DNA from: Alloascoidea hylecoeti
Lineage: Eukaryota
Direction: 5' to 3'
Assembly (NCBI GenBank): GCA_001600815.1
Contig: BCKZ01000004.1
Coordinates: forward strand, 1,391,566 to 1,434,447
DNA length: 42,882 nucleotides
Shown here one piece after another: positions 1-12,698 of the stretch. The position numbers and the translations under genes are program-made. The notes below the pieces were generated by a model that worked only from the letters and a program-made list of their open reading frames with translations, searched no databases and was not told the origin of the DNA. Within the stretch, counting starts at the first letter, position 1, and every line of letters begins with the position of its first letter.

Positions 1-484
1 TTTATAATTGCATAAATATTCTTGTTTTATTATTATGTAAGGCTTATAATGTTTTCATAGTGAAAAATAAAGTAAAGTGTTACAGTTTTTAATTATTTTC
101 GATCTAGAGTCCTCGAAAATTACTTCATTTTTGTTGGGTGGCTATTGGCTGGCTACAGAGCCTACGCAACACTTTAAATTTTAGTTATGAATATTTAGTA
201 TTATAATATTAATTGAACAATTGTTGACCGAGTAAATTAACGGTCGGGTCTAAATATTATAATTATAATAATAGGCTATCATGAAAAACTTCCATCCTAG
301 ATTTCTCTATTATGTCCGGTTACCCTAATTCTTGTGTTATTATTTTATTACGACCAGCTTTATAACTTTATCACAATTCCAAACTATTTGATAATTTTGA
401 TCAAATGCATAAACAACTTCTTGATATCTAAAGTGTCGATAATTTGGTCAAATAGTTTGTAATGGTGATAAAGTTATAAAGAAG

Positions 485-736
485 TGTTACGAGGAGATTT
501 ATCACCATGGGCAAGGGTGGACAGACTGTGAACACACGAGCGCTCTATATAAATAGTGGGAAGACAAGATATGGAGTCTGGACTTTGGACAGTGGACTAA
601 CCTAAACTAAATAGGAATATATATATATAACTGAGAACAAAGCGTATAAATTAGATATAGCACTAAAATCTCTCACTCTAATATACCTATGAGCTGTGTG
701 AGCTCGAGTGGTTGTAGTATCATATTATGTAATACA
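485..736 (+). mobile_element. Possible degenerate solo LTR
   Basis: Starts TGTTAC, ends TAATACA, has an internal TATATAAATA, is more GC-rich than its flanks and has no ORF. No matching target-site duplication was found, so the boundaries are uncertain. Confidence 0.25.
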
Positions 737-1254
737 GTCGTGCTCAAGTTGTGGGTTGAAAAATATCAGTAAACAAATTGGGCCAGAGCAATTAGACCAA
801 TCTTAACAATAAATATTGGAATGATAGAGAAAATAATTGTTTGTGGGTTTGTCAAAGTTCTACACATACTGTGTGGGTTTAACGAGAAATATACATATGG
901 TCCATTTTCTTGATGCTCAAAATATTTATCGTTCGAATCGGTTCAATTGTTCTTCGTAATATTGTTCCATTTGCTTAGTGAAAGTGGATTCAAGATTTAT
1001 ATCATTTATATTTGGCAAAATTACCGGCCAATATTCGCACATATTGGAAACCTTAATTGACAAACTATAATATAATGCATTTGGCACATTTCGGAAAACC
1101 TCGGACTTAGAATGATCCGATCCAGGTAGAATGGCGGAAAGGCAAAGATAAAATAAGCTAACACCATTTGATAATCCTAATGCAATTAATATTATAACAC
1201 TAATTTTCCTCTTTCTTCTTTTTTATCCTCCTCTTTTATAATATACAATTAAAA

Positions 1255-2301
1255 ATGTCGAGTATTGATTCAGTTCTTTTAGTAGGTGGTTGTGGTTTCT
1301 TAGGTTTACATTTGATTCAAAAATATTATGATATTTCTCCAAGGCCACAAATTTCAGTTTTTGATATTCGAGGTTTACCTGAAAAATTACCAAATTTATT
1401 TACATTCAGCCGTGATGAAATCAAAGTAATTATTGGTGATTTAACATCTTCTGAAGATGTTGAAAAAGCTATATTGGAAACAAATCCAACTGTTATTGTT
1501 CATTCTGCGTCCCCGGTTCATGGATTGCCTCAAGAAGTTTATGAAAAAGTAAATGTTACAGGTACAGAAGTATTATTAAAATCAGCTAAAAAATTGGGAG
1601 TTAAAGCTATTGTCTATACATCATCTGCTGGTGTTGTATTTAATGGACAAGATGCTCATAATGTTGATGAAACGTGGCCGATCCCTGATGAACCAATGGA
1701 TGGGTATAATGAAACAAAAGCAATTGCAGAAGAAATGGTTCTAAAAGCAAATTCTTTTGGTGATGATTTCTTAACTGTTGCTATACGTCCGGCAGGAATT
1801 TTTGGTCCTGGTGATCGTCAATTAATCCCCGGACTTAGAGATGTAGCAAGACTCGGACAATCGAAATTCCAAATTGGTGATAATAATAATCTATTTGATT
1901 GGACATATGCTGGTAATGTAGCAGATGCTCATGTTTTAGCTACTTATAAACTTCTTGATGAAGAAGCTTATAAACAAGTTGGTGGTCAAGCATTCTTCGT
2001 TACAAATGATGCACCAACATATTTCTGGACTTTAGCTCGTTCTGTTTGGAAACATGATGGAGTTATAGAGAAACGAAATATTGTTTTACCAAGATCAGTT
2101 GCAATTGTAATTGGTCATATATCTGAATTTGTTTGTAAATTCCTTGGAAAACAACCTGGTTTAACTCCTTTCAGAGTTAAGATTGTTTGTGCTTATCGTT
2201 ATCATAATATTGAAAAAGCTAAAAGACTTTTGGATTATCGTCCTCAGGTTGGATTAGAAGATGCTATTAAATTAACATTGGATTGGTTGGATGAAAAATA
2301 A
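1255..2301 (+). CDS. ERG26: C-3 sterol dehydrogenase (sterol-4-alpha-carboxylate 3-dehydrogenase, decarboxylating)
   Basis: 348-aa ORF with the Rossmann motif GGCGFLG, YTSSAGVVF, catalytic YNETK, RPAGIFGPGDRQL and FDWTYAGNVADAH, all typical of 3-beta-HSD/Erg26. Confidence 0.96.
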   Translation: MSSIDSVLLVGGCGFLGLHLIQKYYDISPRPQISVFDIRGLPEKLPNLFTFSRDEIKVIIGDLTSSEDVEKAILETNPTVIVHSASPVHGLPQEVYEKVNVTGTEVLLKSAKKLGVKAIVYTSSAGVVFNGQDAHNVDETWPIPDEPMDGYNETKAIAEEMVLKANSFGDDFLTVAIRPAGIFGPGDRQLIPGLRDVARLGQSKFQIGDNNNLFDWTYAGNVADAHVLATYKLLDEEAYKQVGGQAFFVTNDAPTYFWTLARSVWKHDGVIEKRNIVLPRSVAIVIGHISEFVCKFLGKQPGLTPFRVKIVCAYRYHNIEKAKRLLDYRPQVGLEDAIKLTLDWLDEK

Positions 2302-3752
2302 TAATCTTATGAAAAGCTGATTAAATATATGAAGACAGTTAGAATAATTAGCTTTGAAATTTTGTAATGGATAATATTATACAAACGCTCATCTCATTAG
2401 ATTTATTTTCCTCTATTAAATAAACAAGTATATTAAAGAATGAAATATAGTCCTACACATTGTCATACATGTACCTATAAAATTGTACATGTATATGCTA
2501 AAACGGTTATATGTGGGGTTTGAGGAACTGAAGTCCATATGAAATAACGTTTAATATTTTACTTTCTATGTAACTGTATCGGTTTTTTACTTGACTGGAT
2601 TCAGTGTATAATTGCGGAAATCTTTGATTCCCATATGTCTTAATCAAGAAAACCTGACCAAAGTTATGCTTACATCTTTCTAAATTCTAAAGTAAACTTC
2701 TTATAGTTAGAGAGAGTTAGTTGATTTTGTTTGAGATCACCATGCAAAATGGTATAAGGATAGCAGATCGAAAAATAAGAGACATCAGAGTAATACGCTG
2801 TATTCATATTACGGGATTTTAACGATTTACTCCTTTTTGATGTATTCAGTTATCTCTGCTTTATTAAAATCCTACTAATAATTATTCCACTATAGAATTA
2901 TTTAAGAACAATATTATTAAGTTTGAATAATTATTACTTTAATAAAGCAAACATAACTGAATACATCAAAAAGGACTAAATCGTTACAATTCGAAATCCG
3001 CAATAATTCAGTTATAGTTTTGGAATTACTTCCTGAGCCATGTTTTATTAAAATTGGAAATAAGAAATATTAAGAAGAGAGGATTATTTAGAATGATTAC
3101 GATATTCTAGTTGTATTTTGAGTTAATTGAAAACAAAGATGAAGATATGTATGTGAACAACCATTACATTTATCTTAAATTTTCGATAATTCGGAGTCTC
3201 CAGACATAACGTTTTCTAAAAATGGATATATGGAAGATTAAATTTAGAGGATTATAAGGCAAGATATTAAAAATCGCTGAGAGAAGAATGCTAGTTAGTT
3301 ATTTTCTATTAGAGTCGGGCAATGGAGGTCTAGTGGGCGGATTTATATAATCTACTTACAAAATACATATTTAAAATATATATCCAAAAAGGTTTCTAAG
3401 ATTATTTGGTATTCAATAGTTAGTTGTAAACTAATATAAATGATTATTGTGTTAGGTATTTCATCCTTTTTGGAGACCCAATTCAATTGAGAGCAAGGGA
3501 CACAGGGACTAAATAGTTACCTGTGAAATCGGGCATGGTGGTTGACGTTTGATGTTGGCCGTTAAGGTCAAGGCGTGTCAAGCCCTCTTTGGTTCCAAGA
3601 AGGACGGGAATGTCACTATACTCAACCATATGTCACGTTGTTCCTTATATAGAGCGCAATTGGTGAGTGTGTGCTCAATTGTAAAAGGACCACTCTTGGA
3701 TTAGCTTTTACATGTGCTCACATGACTTCAATGAGCATTGACTTTTCAATTG

Positions 3753-3960
3753 TGACTCTTTTGTACTGAATCTTAATCGATAGAAGCTACAAATAGTATA
3801 ATATCCAGTACATTATCATTTCAATGCCTGGTAATTGTAATTAAAACATTCTCCTTAAACTTTACTTCTTAATTTTGATATGAATGTATTTTTGATATAG
3901 AACTAAAAATATAGAAATGAGTTCCATTACCCGGGCTTTATGTAGGATAAGATGAATCAT
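3753..3960 (+). promoter_or_regulatory. ILV1 promoter with Gcn4-like sites (TGACTC 3753-3758, ATGAATCAT 3952-3960) and a Reb1 consensus (TTACCCGG 3927-3934)
   Basis: Motifs read directly from the sequence. S. cerevisiae ILV1 is known to be controlled by Gcn4 and Reb1; function in this species is inferred. Confidence 0.5.
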
Positions 3961-3997
3961 CTTTAAATATTTCTTCAAACGAATATTTCAGATAAAT

Positions 3998-5743
3998 ATG
4001 TCTTTGTCTGTCGTTCGTCAGTCTTTGGGTACGACACCTTTTGGGAGGTGTTTGTATTCAGGCTTCAATTTTGGGCATTTTGCTCGAAGAAATCCTATTT
4101 TTCATAATTTAAGGTCCATATCTTCTAGTTCAACGGAAGTGAAGAAAGAGGTGAAAAAGATAAATAAAAACTATCCTGATTTAGCCGATACTGATTTAAC
4201 AAGTGAAGGTGTACCTGATTATGTTAAACTCATTCTTACTTCTCGTGTATATGATGTTGTGGACGAAACCCCTGTTACGTACGCTGTGTCTTTGTCACAA
4301 AGAACAGGAGCTAATGTTATGTTGAAAAGAGAAGACCAACAACCAGTTTTTAGTTTTAAGTTAAGGGGTGCTTACAATATGATGGCAAAGTTACCAGCTG
4401 ATCAGAAAGCAAAAGGTGTTATAGCTTGTTCAGCTGGTAATCATGCTCAAGGTGTGGCATATTCGGCAAAACATTTGGGTATACCGGCTACAATTGTAAT
4501 GCCTGTTGCTACTCCAAGTATTAAATATCAAAATGTTTCAAGATTAGGTTCTCAGGTTGTGTTATATGGTGATGATTTTGATGGTGCAAAATCTGAATGT
4601 GAACGTCTAACTATTGAAAAATCTTTAACTAATATTCCTCCTTTCGATCATCCTTATGTTATTGCTGGCCAAGGTACAATTGCAATGGAATTATTAAGAC
4701 AAATTAATAGTGATAAAATAAAAGCTGTCTTTTGTGCAATTGGTGGTGGTGGTCTTATTTCTGGTATTGGTGCATATTTAAAACGTCTTGCTCCCCATAT
4801 TAAAATTATCGGTGTTGAAACTTTTGATGCCGATGCCATGAAACAAGGTTTGGATAAAGGTGAAAATGTTACTTTAAATGAAATTGGTAATTTTGCTGAT
4901 GGTACTGCTGTTAAACACCCAGGAACTGAGACTTTTAGAGTTTGTCAAAAAGTTGTTGATGAAGTTATTTTAGTTAATACTGATGAAATTTGTGCTGCTA
5001 TTAAAGATGTTTTTGAAGATACAAGAACTATTACTGAACCTTCTGGTGCTATGACTGTTGCTGGAATGAAGAAATATGTTACTATTCATCCAGAATTAGA
5101 TCATTCAGATGCTACTTATATTCCAGTTTTATCAGGTGCTAATATGAATTTTGATCGTTTACGTTTTGTTGCCGAACGTGCAAAACTTGGAGAAGGAAAA
5201 GAAGTTTTTATGATTGTTTCTATCCCAGATAAACCAGGTACTTTCTTACAATTACATTCTATTATAAATCCAAGAGCTGTTACTGAATTTTCATATCGAT
5301 TTAATAGTTCATCAAGATCTGGTCAAGCTCATATTTACATGTCATTCTCTGTTCGTGATCCAAAGAAGGAAATTTCTCAAGTTGTTTCTGAACTTGAAAA
5401 GAATGGATTTGGTGCAAAGGATATTTCTGATAATGAAATGGCAAAATCTCATGGAAGATATATGGTTGGTGGATCAACTACATTACCAAATGAGCGTCTT
5501 TTAAGATTTGAATTCCCAGAAAGACCTGGTGCATTAGCTAAATTCCTTAATGGTGTTCAAAATCAATGGAATATAACATTATTCCATTATCGTAATCATG
5601 GTTCTGATATAAGTAGTGTTTTAACAGGTCTTGCTGTTCCTCCAGAAGATAATGAAAAATTCCAAGAATTTGTTGATTCTTTGGCTTATAAATATGTTGA
5701 TGAAACTGATAATTTAATTTATAAGATGTTGATGAGGGATTAA
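3998..5743 (+). CDS. ILV1: Biosynthetic threonine deaminase, mitochondrial
   Basis: 581 aa with an Arg/Ser-rich N-terminal presequence, PLP lysine motif [23 protein letters not shown] and two C-terminal regulatory repeats ([16 protein letters not shown]). Confidence 0.97.
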   Translation: MSLSVVRQSLGTTPFGRCLYSGFNFGHFARRNPIFHNLRSISSSSTEVKKEVKKINKNYPDLADTDLTSEGVPDYVKLILTSRVYDVVDETPVTYAVSLSQRTGANVMLKREDQQPVFSFKLRGAYNMMAKLPADQKAKGVIACSAGNHAQGVAYSAKHLGIPATIVMPVATPSIKYQNVSRLGSQVVLYGDDFDGAKSECERLTIEKSLTNIPPFDHPYVIAGQGTIAMELLRQINSDKIKAVFCAIGGGGLISGIGAYLKRLAPHIKIIGVETFDADAMKQGLDKGENVTLNEIGNFADGTAVKHPGTETFRVCQKVVDEVILVNTDEICAAIKDVFEDTRTITEPSGAMTVAGMKKYVTIHPELDHSDATYIPVLSGANMNFDRLRFVAERAKLGEGKEVFMIVSIPDKPGTFLQLHSIINPRAVTEFSYRFNSSSRSGQAHIYMSFSVRDPKKEISQVVSELEKNGFGAKDISDNEMAKSHGRYMVGGSTTLPNERLLRFEFPERPGALAKFLNGVQNQWNITLFHYRNHGSDISSVLTGLAVPPEDNEKFQEFVDSLAYKYVDETDNLIYKMLMRD

Positions 5744-5992
5744 TCAATTTATTATATAAATTCATGTTCTTAATATTATTAGAGCCATAATGGTTATATA
5801 ATACAAAAAAATAAATCATATAAAATGGATAATAAAAGATAAAAATATTTATATATAAAGAATATTCTCGCATATATCATTTTGTTTAAAGGAATGAGCA
5901 TATAAAATTTGTCTATATAGTAAGAATATATCATACTTAACGTAAATAAATTAAAAAAGAAGAAAGAATTAAACATCTGTATCAAGCTTATA

Positions 5993-6169
5993 TAGTTATT
6001 CTACTTAATTTAGGCCATCCTAATCATTAAATATATAGGCCGGGTTTGGTACCCGAAGATGCCAATATCCAAAATTCACGACTATATCGGTAATCACACG
6101 GCTGAAAGATAGTTATGGTTATGTGCGATAATTTCTAATCCGAATGGCCTAAATTAAGTAGAAAAGTTG
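5993..6169. mobile_element. MITE-like element, 177 bp
   Basis: 26-bp terminal inverted repeats containing a perfect 20-bp core TTCTACTTAATTTAGGCCAT (5999-6018 / 6144-6163). TA on both flanks (5991-5992, 6170-6171). Non-coding interior. Confidence 0.7.
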
Positions 6170-6454
6170 TATTTCTACAAGTATGAAAAACAATGAGACA
6201 AGATTCTTTAAATAAGTCAATTGAAACTAGAACCAAAAGCTCAAATTTAAACATATTTTTATTTCTTACACAAAGACAAAAGAACAACACAAAAAAAAAA
6301 GATCGATTATACAAATGTTAAATAAATAAAAAAAGATAAAACAAGGAAAAATTCAAATTTAAAAAAGTTGAACAATATTTAAAAGGCAAAAAAATATATG
6401 TAAATATGTGAGATTACTATTATTATTGATATAAATATAAAGTTTCCTTTAATA

Positions 6455-8380
6455 TTAAAAGTTGATCAAACCTTGGTTTCCTGGTTGTTGTTGTTGTTGT
6501 TGTTGTTGATTTTGATAACCAGGAGCATTTCCAAATCCTACTCCAGTGAAAGCTGGTTGAATAGCAGTACTAGCTAATCCAGTATATTGTGCTCCAAAAA
6601 ATGGATTTGCGGTGCCTGTTGGTTGTGTTTTGAAACCAGTACCCGCAGAATTAATAAAATTTTGTGTTTGAGTATGTTGAGCTGCTATACGTGTTTCTCC
6701 AGTATTACCAAATGTATCAATTCCATCTCCAGCAGCAAGAAGATTGTTTAATTCAGAATATTGATCGTTAATGGCGTTAGATTTGGTGTTCTGTTGTTGT
6801 AATTGTTGTTGATTTTGGAATTGTAATTGTTGCTGTTGATTTTGTTGCTGTTGCTGTTGTTGAAGTAACTGTTGTTGTTGTTGTTTTTGGGCTAGAGCAG
6901 ATAGACTATTAGCAGTTTGTTGTGCGGTGTGTGCTGAATTGGGAGTGGACAATGCAAATGGATTGTTCGAACCGGTCTTAAGGGGCTGCAAAGGTTGTTG
7001 AGGTTGTTGCAAAGTTTGCTGTTGTTGCAAGGCCTGCTGCTGTTGTAATTGTTGTTGTTGTTGCTGTTGAAGTAAAAACTGTTGTTGTTCGGGGGTCATT
7101 TGAAATCCTCCAGTAGTAGTTCCATACTGCAAATTTTGAGCTTGAGGGTTAGGAGCACCTCCCATACTATAGGCATTTTGGAAAAATCCAGTTGACATGG
7201 GTTGTTGTCCTTGACCATAAATGGGATTACCATACATATCAAGAGTTTGATATGACACAGTTTGCTGCGTTGGAAGTGTATACTGCACAACTTGGACATT
7301 TAAAGGTTGTTGTGGTTCTTCCAAATCCAAAAGATTAGGTACGGGTTTGGACTCTTCTCCGGTGTGATTATTGTTCTGATATTCATACTCTTCTTCGCTC
7401 AATTTGATTGCACTATTCAAAGCAGCTTCATCGACATTTCCTGTTTGATTTTTTCGTCGTCTTTCTTCTTCTTCAGCAGTGATTTTACTTTCACCTAGTG
7501 CTCTTTCCATTTCTGGATCATAGCCATTATTATCTCTTTCCCTATGGGTCGGTCTACGTTCCGGGCCCCTATTTCTGCGGCCGCCTTTCCTAATGGCCCT
7601 TTCAGAACGAATACGTTCATCATCCAGTAATAAAGAAGTAAGTTCCTTTGCCTTGACACGAACTGAAGAAAGGAAAGGTTAGCTGAATGTAATGATAAAA
7701 ATAGAAAGAAGAATATAAACACTTACTTATAGCTCCTTTATCATGACCGGATTCATCTACATAAATAAATTCCCTTAATGTTTTAATGATGTAAATATTA
7801 TCTTTTGACCAGAGAACTACATTTTTGGATCCACAGCGGACACAGTAGTCTAACAAAGTCAACGCCTAGAAAAACTTCAGATTAGACCAAAGACCAAAGC
7901 CAATAAAAACAATCATGAGGCACCATACCTTAGCAACGTGTCGCCAATTTTTTCCTTTATCATTTAATCGGCGATCGATCATATCCATGATCTCCAATAT
8001 TTCTCCACTATATTAAAGTTTTTTATTAGACAAAACGAACTCATATAATATTCTTCCCGGGAAATAAATCATACTTGTCAAATGTTCGGTTTGCAATTTC
8101 TTGCATATCTTCGGTCGCGGGACCATAAGCCTCATTACTGGTAGCTAGTTTTTATCAAAAGCAAAGGTTAGATGAATATCTTTATAATTTTATGTATATA
8201 GAGTTTGAGTTGAGTGTTATTAAAACAATGAGAATCGAAGTTTTATTCCATGATATCCACTGAGGCTTTTTCCATCTCAATACGGGAATGAGAGCAGCAC
8301 TTACCATTTCGGACCTTCACCTGAGCATTTGTATAGCCATTCGCCACATTTTTAATGGAGCGAACAATCGATTTTGACAT
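6455..8380 (-). CDS. ENT2: Epsin (ENTH domain, UIMs, Gln-rich, NPF motifs); 5 exons: 8380-8305, 8144-8075, 8007-7929, 7865-7727, 7662-6455; about 523 aa
   Basis: Spliced frame reads MSKSIVRSIKNVANGYTNAQVKVRNATSNEAYGP...RLNDKGKNWRHVAKALTLLDY...RVKAKELTSLL. All four introns are GT-AG with CTAAY branch sites and phases join. NPF motifs (SNNPF, ANPFF) and a clathrin-box-like C-terminus LINF. Homolog of the ENT1/ENT2 pair. Confidence 0.92.
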
Positions 8381-8657
8381 TGTTGATTTCCAAGATTATC
8401 AAGGATTCCAAGTTGGAGGAAAGCTAATTAAATAACATAATTTCAATTATATTATTCAATCCTTTATTCAAAAGGAGGGTAAGTTTGGATGGAACACAGC
8501 CTGAAAATAAAATAACCCATAAAAATGGAGCTTTAAATCTAGAATTATATTTATTATAAAATGATTATATACAGTCATAAGCTAATATAATAAGGAATTA
8601 AAGGATAAGTTATCACTATAGTTAACTATAGTATATGTTATTGTAATCTATGTATGA

Positions 8658-10360
8658 TTAAACTACCGATGTTACATTTCCACTGTCAGCTTTTACAGCT
8701 TTAGAAATTTTGTCATTTCCATTTCTATCTCCAGTACCATTCTCAATTCCATTCTCATTTCCATTTCCAGCTGTAAATTTTCCATTTTGTAAAAAAGTTA
8801 TCTTATTATTATTCCTCTCAGTAGAATCACAACCAGGACAATTATGTAAAATCTCATGACAGAAAACATCACAATCTATGCAAAAGATTTTATGACATGT
8901 TGAACATTCATATCTAGAACTAGTTATATCATCTCTATCTGATGATTTCTTTAAAAAATCTGGAAATGGTTTTTGACAGGCAAAACAATGATTTGATTTA
9001 TATTCTCTAAAAAAAATAGTTAGAAATGAAATTTATTTTAAGAATTTTTTTTTAAAGTCTGAGCCCCTAATAACTTACCGTCTCACTTTAACCTCAGTAA
9101 ATGCTTTTAAAGGAAATAGATGATGATATGATCTAGCGAGATGTGTAGAAAGAATAAGCATCAAATTACAACAGGGACATGTCGTGGGCAATGCGCAGAC
9201 TTTAGCTTTGCACCGAGGACAAATATAACCCCCATATGTTAAATTCGAATGGCTTAAATATAAGTTAGTTATTGTATCGGGATAGTTTTTAGAATTGACT
9301 TACCATGAACATAGAGATGGGGATGCTTCCGAAATGCGTGTTGGAAATCCCATCTTCACCAATGTATAACCGGAATCTGTGGAAGCTACAACTGCTAATG
9401 GAGTAACAGCTTCCGTTAACAGATCTTTGAAATGTTCTTCATTTAAAATAACACTATACGTGGCTAATGAAAGATTTGGTTAAAATCGAAACTAAACTTT
9501 TCGTAAGAAATAAAATGTTTTACTTACTTTCATCACTAGAATTCGTTTTTTTAACAATTTCTTTACATACAGCAACTTTTGCTGCCAATCCAATAATCCT
9601 CACGCGAATCCTTTCTTTTACTAGTGCATTTATAGTTTTGTTGATATCACCTGGATCTAAAGATAACAATGAACCGAATATAATTAGAACTTCTCGGGTA
9701 CAATGTGAAGGAACATGCCTATTGTAAAAAAAAGTTAGTTTATAATAAAAACTCAATGATATAGTAAAATTCATACATTAATATTCCTCTCGCCATTTCC
9801 AATGCATTTTGTAAAGATGCACTTCCTTTTGCTTCTTGTCTTTTTATCGATCGTAATTTTTCAATGTGTTCATGTGGGTTCCCTCCAACTTCAGATATCA
9901 AAATAGCAACACCATTCCTCATTGCTAATATACCCATTTGAGATATTGGATTTTGATCAAAGAAATCAGTAACAAATTCAATCGCGTATTGTATGGTTAA
10001 AGCATATCTATTCGGCCTTAAATCTTTTTCTTGCATTGAAATACTCATATCAATAATTAAGATAAATGTTCTAATTATTCCTCTTTGAAATGGAGTACTA
10101 TTTCTCATAATTCTTTTTTTTCTAGATTCAACAAGATCCATAATGACACCTGCTAAACTACCTTGTTCATCTTCTTTTACCGCATCCCAACTTCGATGAT
10201 ATTCATCTTCCCATGAATAACCTGCGTTATTTCCTTTATTTTTCCCACCTTTTGTTTTTGACCTATCTGTTTTTCGCCGTATTCTCTTTGAGGTTCCAAC
10301 ATCACTGAAGTTTTCATCAGATGTATTATTTTCGATATATTCTTCGTCTAGGTCATCCAT
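8658..10360 (-). CDS. SSL1: TFIIH subunit Ssl1/p44; 5 exons: 10360-9777, 9718-9528, 9463-9304, 9252-9079, 9006-8658; about 485 aa
   Basis: vWA domain ([41 protein letters not shown]), C4 finger ([28 protein letters not shown]) and C-terminal RING-like [18 protein letters not shown]. Intron phases join. Confidence 0.94.
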
Positions 10361-10455
10361 TGCAAAACATATATTGGGGGTTTTGATTAATAAAAAAGAT
10401 TAGTTTATTAGCTTATACTATCTTAATTTATTTTACAATAAGTTTAGGTGTGACA

Positions 10456-10468
10456 AGTGCGGGTAACT
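10456..10468 (-). promoter_or_regulatory. Reb1-type site upstream of SSL1
   Basis: AGTTACCCGCACT on the gene's sense strand, about 96 bp upstream of the ATG; identical to the 13-mer upstream of MNS1. Confidence 0.55.
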
Positions 10469-10723
10469 TCAAGCTAGTGTATTTTTTCATATAATGTTAA
10501 TGTAGGCCTGTATTTACTGTTTTTCTTATTTAAAATATTGTAGTGTTTCTGCTATAATTAATTGTGGTCAGTTATAAACTAATTTTTATTAATTCCGTTA
10601 TTTGAAGTTGCTAGCTTTACAACTGAATATCATAATTTGTTTTATAGCTATAATTGGTAATCAATTATCTGATTTAATAGAAACAACTGTAATAGTTAAG
10701 TTAATGATAGATTGTACTTTGCG

Positions 10724-10885
10724 TAAATATCGACCACTTGTTGTCTTAAATATTCGCCCACATGTTGTAATAATGTTAAACCAATTGGCGCATTAAATAT
10801 TGGTCCACACTTTAAATTGAATAAAGTATTCGTCCCACATTCTGAATTAACCACCACTTCTTGAATTAAATATTTGGCTACACCT
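10724..10885 (+). repeat. Array of about five degenerate direct repeats (TAAATATT(C/G)G..CCACA-like)
   Basis: Copies start at 10724, 10747, 10794, 10822 and 10867. The core resembles AAATAT..GG(C/T)C motifs inside the MITE-like elements. Confidence 0.45.
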
Positions 10886-12698
10886 TGGATTATATATATA
10901 TTATATACACCAATTTCCGACTACTTTACCCGGATTTAACAGAAAATATAGCTAATTAGGTAACTAATACTAATTCTAATCCTCCTTCACAATTCAATTT
11001 ATCATTGTTTCTGTCTTCCCAAAAACCGCTTTATTCAGATGTTTAGTAGGGAAATCCGCTTGTTTTTAAATGGAATCTACTCTTTTGATCTGCTAGAATG
11101 CTTTGTTCAATTAATGATGATATCTTATGACAACTCCCTTTTTTAGAAATGAATTTTTGTTCATATCTAAGAATTAGTTAACAGATTTATGTTGAATAAA
11201 CCGAGTTTTTTTTAGCTTTTTTAAAAGCTATATCATTTAATTAAAAGGTTGAGGTTTATTCATTTGATACTGAAATATGGGTATTTAACTAACTTAGTTA
11301 TAAAATCTCATACATGGGCTTCATATTTGTGAGAAAAAGACTTCTATCGTTACCTACAATTACAAATTAATCATTCTATAGGTAATAGATATAAGCCTTG
11401 TCCATCAGTCTCAACTAAATTAATTCAAACCTTTTAAATTTGCGTGCCAGAGCAGTTCCAAGTACAATTGTTTAATCATTTGTGTGATAATAGTTACCGA
11501 TGTTGTTCCCTATTCTTTGATAACTGCTTAAACATGGAGGATATCTAGTTGTGTTGTAACTAGAAAAATTAATTAATTACTATTTAAATTTTTTTATTGA
11601 TTTATTCCATATCATGCCAATTGCAATTAGATGCAATTTATAATTAGTACGATACACTTCACGATAAATTGAATTTCGGTGATTCCACTTAATTAATATA
11701 AGCGATTATGAAGACTAAGTATTGGCCATACTCATAGTTAATTTTCGACGGAGTTTGTTTCCACATCTTATCGCCATTATTAGTGATCTAAAGCCGATGC
11801 TACTGTGATTCAACTACCGAATTTTCCTCCTAAAGATAGCACTAAATTGATAATAAAGTTGCATTAATTTCCCCCTTTGGTTGGTTCTGTAATTAGTTGA
11901 TGTTTTAGGTGTCCAGACGGAATAAATTTCGTTTAAATCGCTAAATTCAGGGGATGATGAATCACCAATTTCAATATTATATCTTACGGATCACTACCAA
12001 TACTCCTCTTGGTATTACCTAGGTGCACGTATCCATATCGATATCCACTCTTGAGTTTTGAGCAGCCGACAAGAGGTCGTGCGACTTCGCGGCAGAACTG
12101 GTTTCAAGTTCCAACATGGTCTTTAATAATAATTTCTGATACTCATTACAATATTTTTCGAACAAATTTAAATGGCCTTAGGTATACCACAAAATTTAAA
12201 TATGATGCATAAAAATATGAATTAAACGATGATAAACTATAAAAAATTGGACATATTTAGTCACCCAATTGGAGATACCTGTATATAAGGTATTTTTATT
12301 TAAACGAATGCGATTGTACTATGATTAATATAAAAAAAAAAGATGTGTGCTAATGTCAATATATGGAGCAATATTGATATCGAAGATAAAGTATTTCAAT
12401 TGGAACCATAAATATTTTTAAAAATTAATAACTAACGAATAAGATATCAGGAACTTCACAAGACCAAGACAATTAAAACAGAGCGATCATTGACCATAAG
12501 ACAATTACTTGGATAATTAAAATAAAACGATTTCATTAACATGTGAACAACACTTAAGTTGCAAATTATAGATATCGATATGGATTCAATATAGACTTTC
12601 TTTCCATATAGAATTGTTAACGTTGATCTTTACCGAGTTTCCTATATTTTCTTTGAAATAAGTTAATTATTAGATTTCTTTAAACATTTACAATGCAA

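Noticed and set aside
6483..7090. TGT/TGC trinucleotide runs
   Set aside because: They encode ordinary poly-Gln tracts of epsin.
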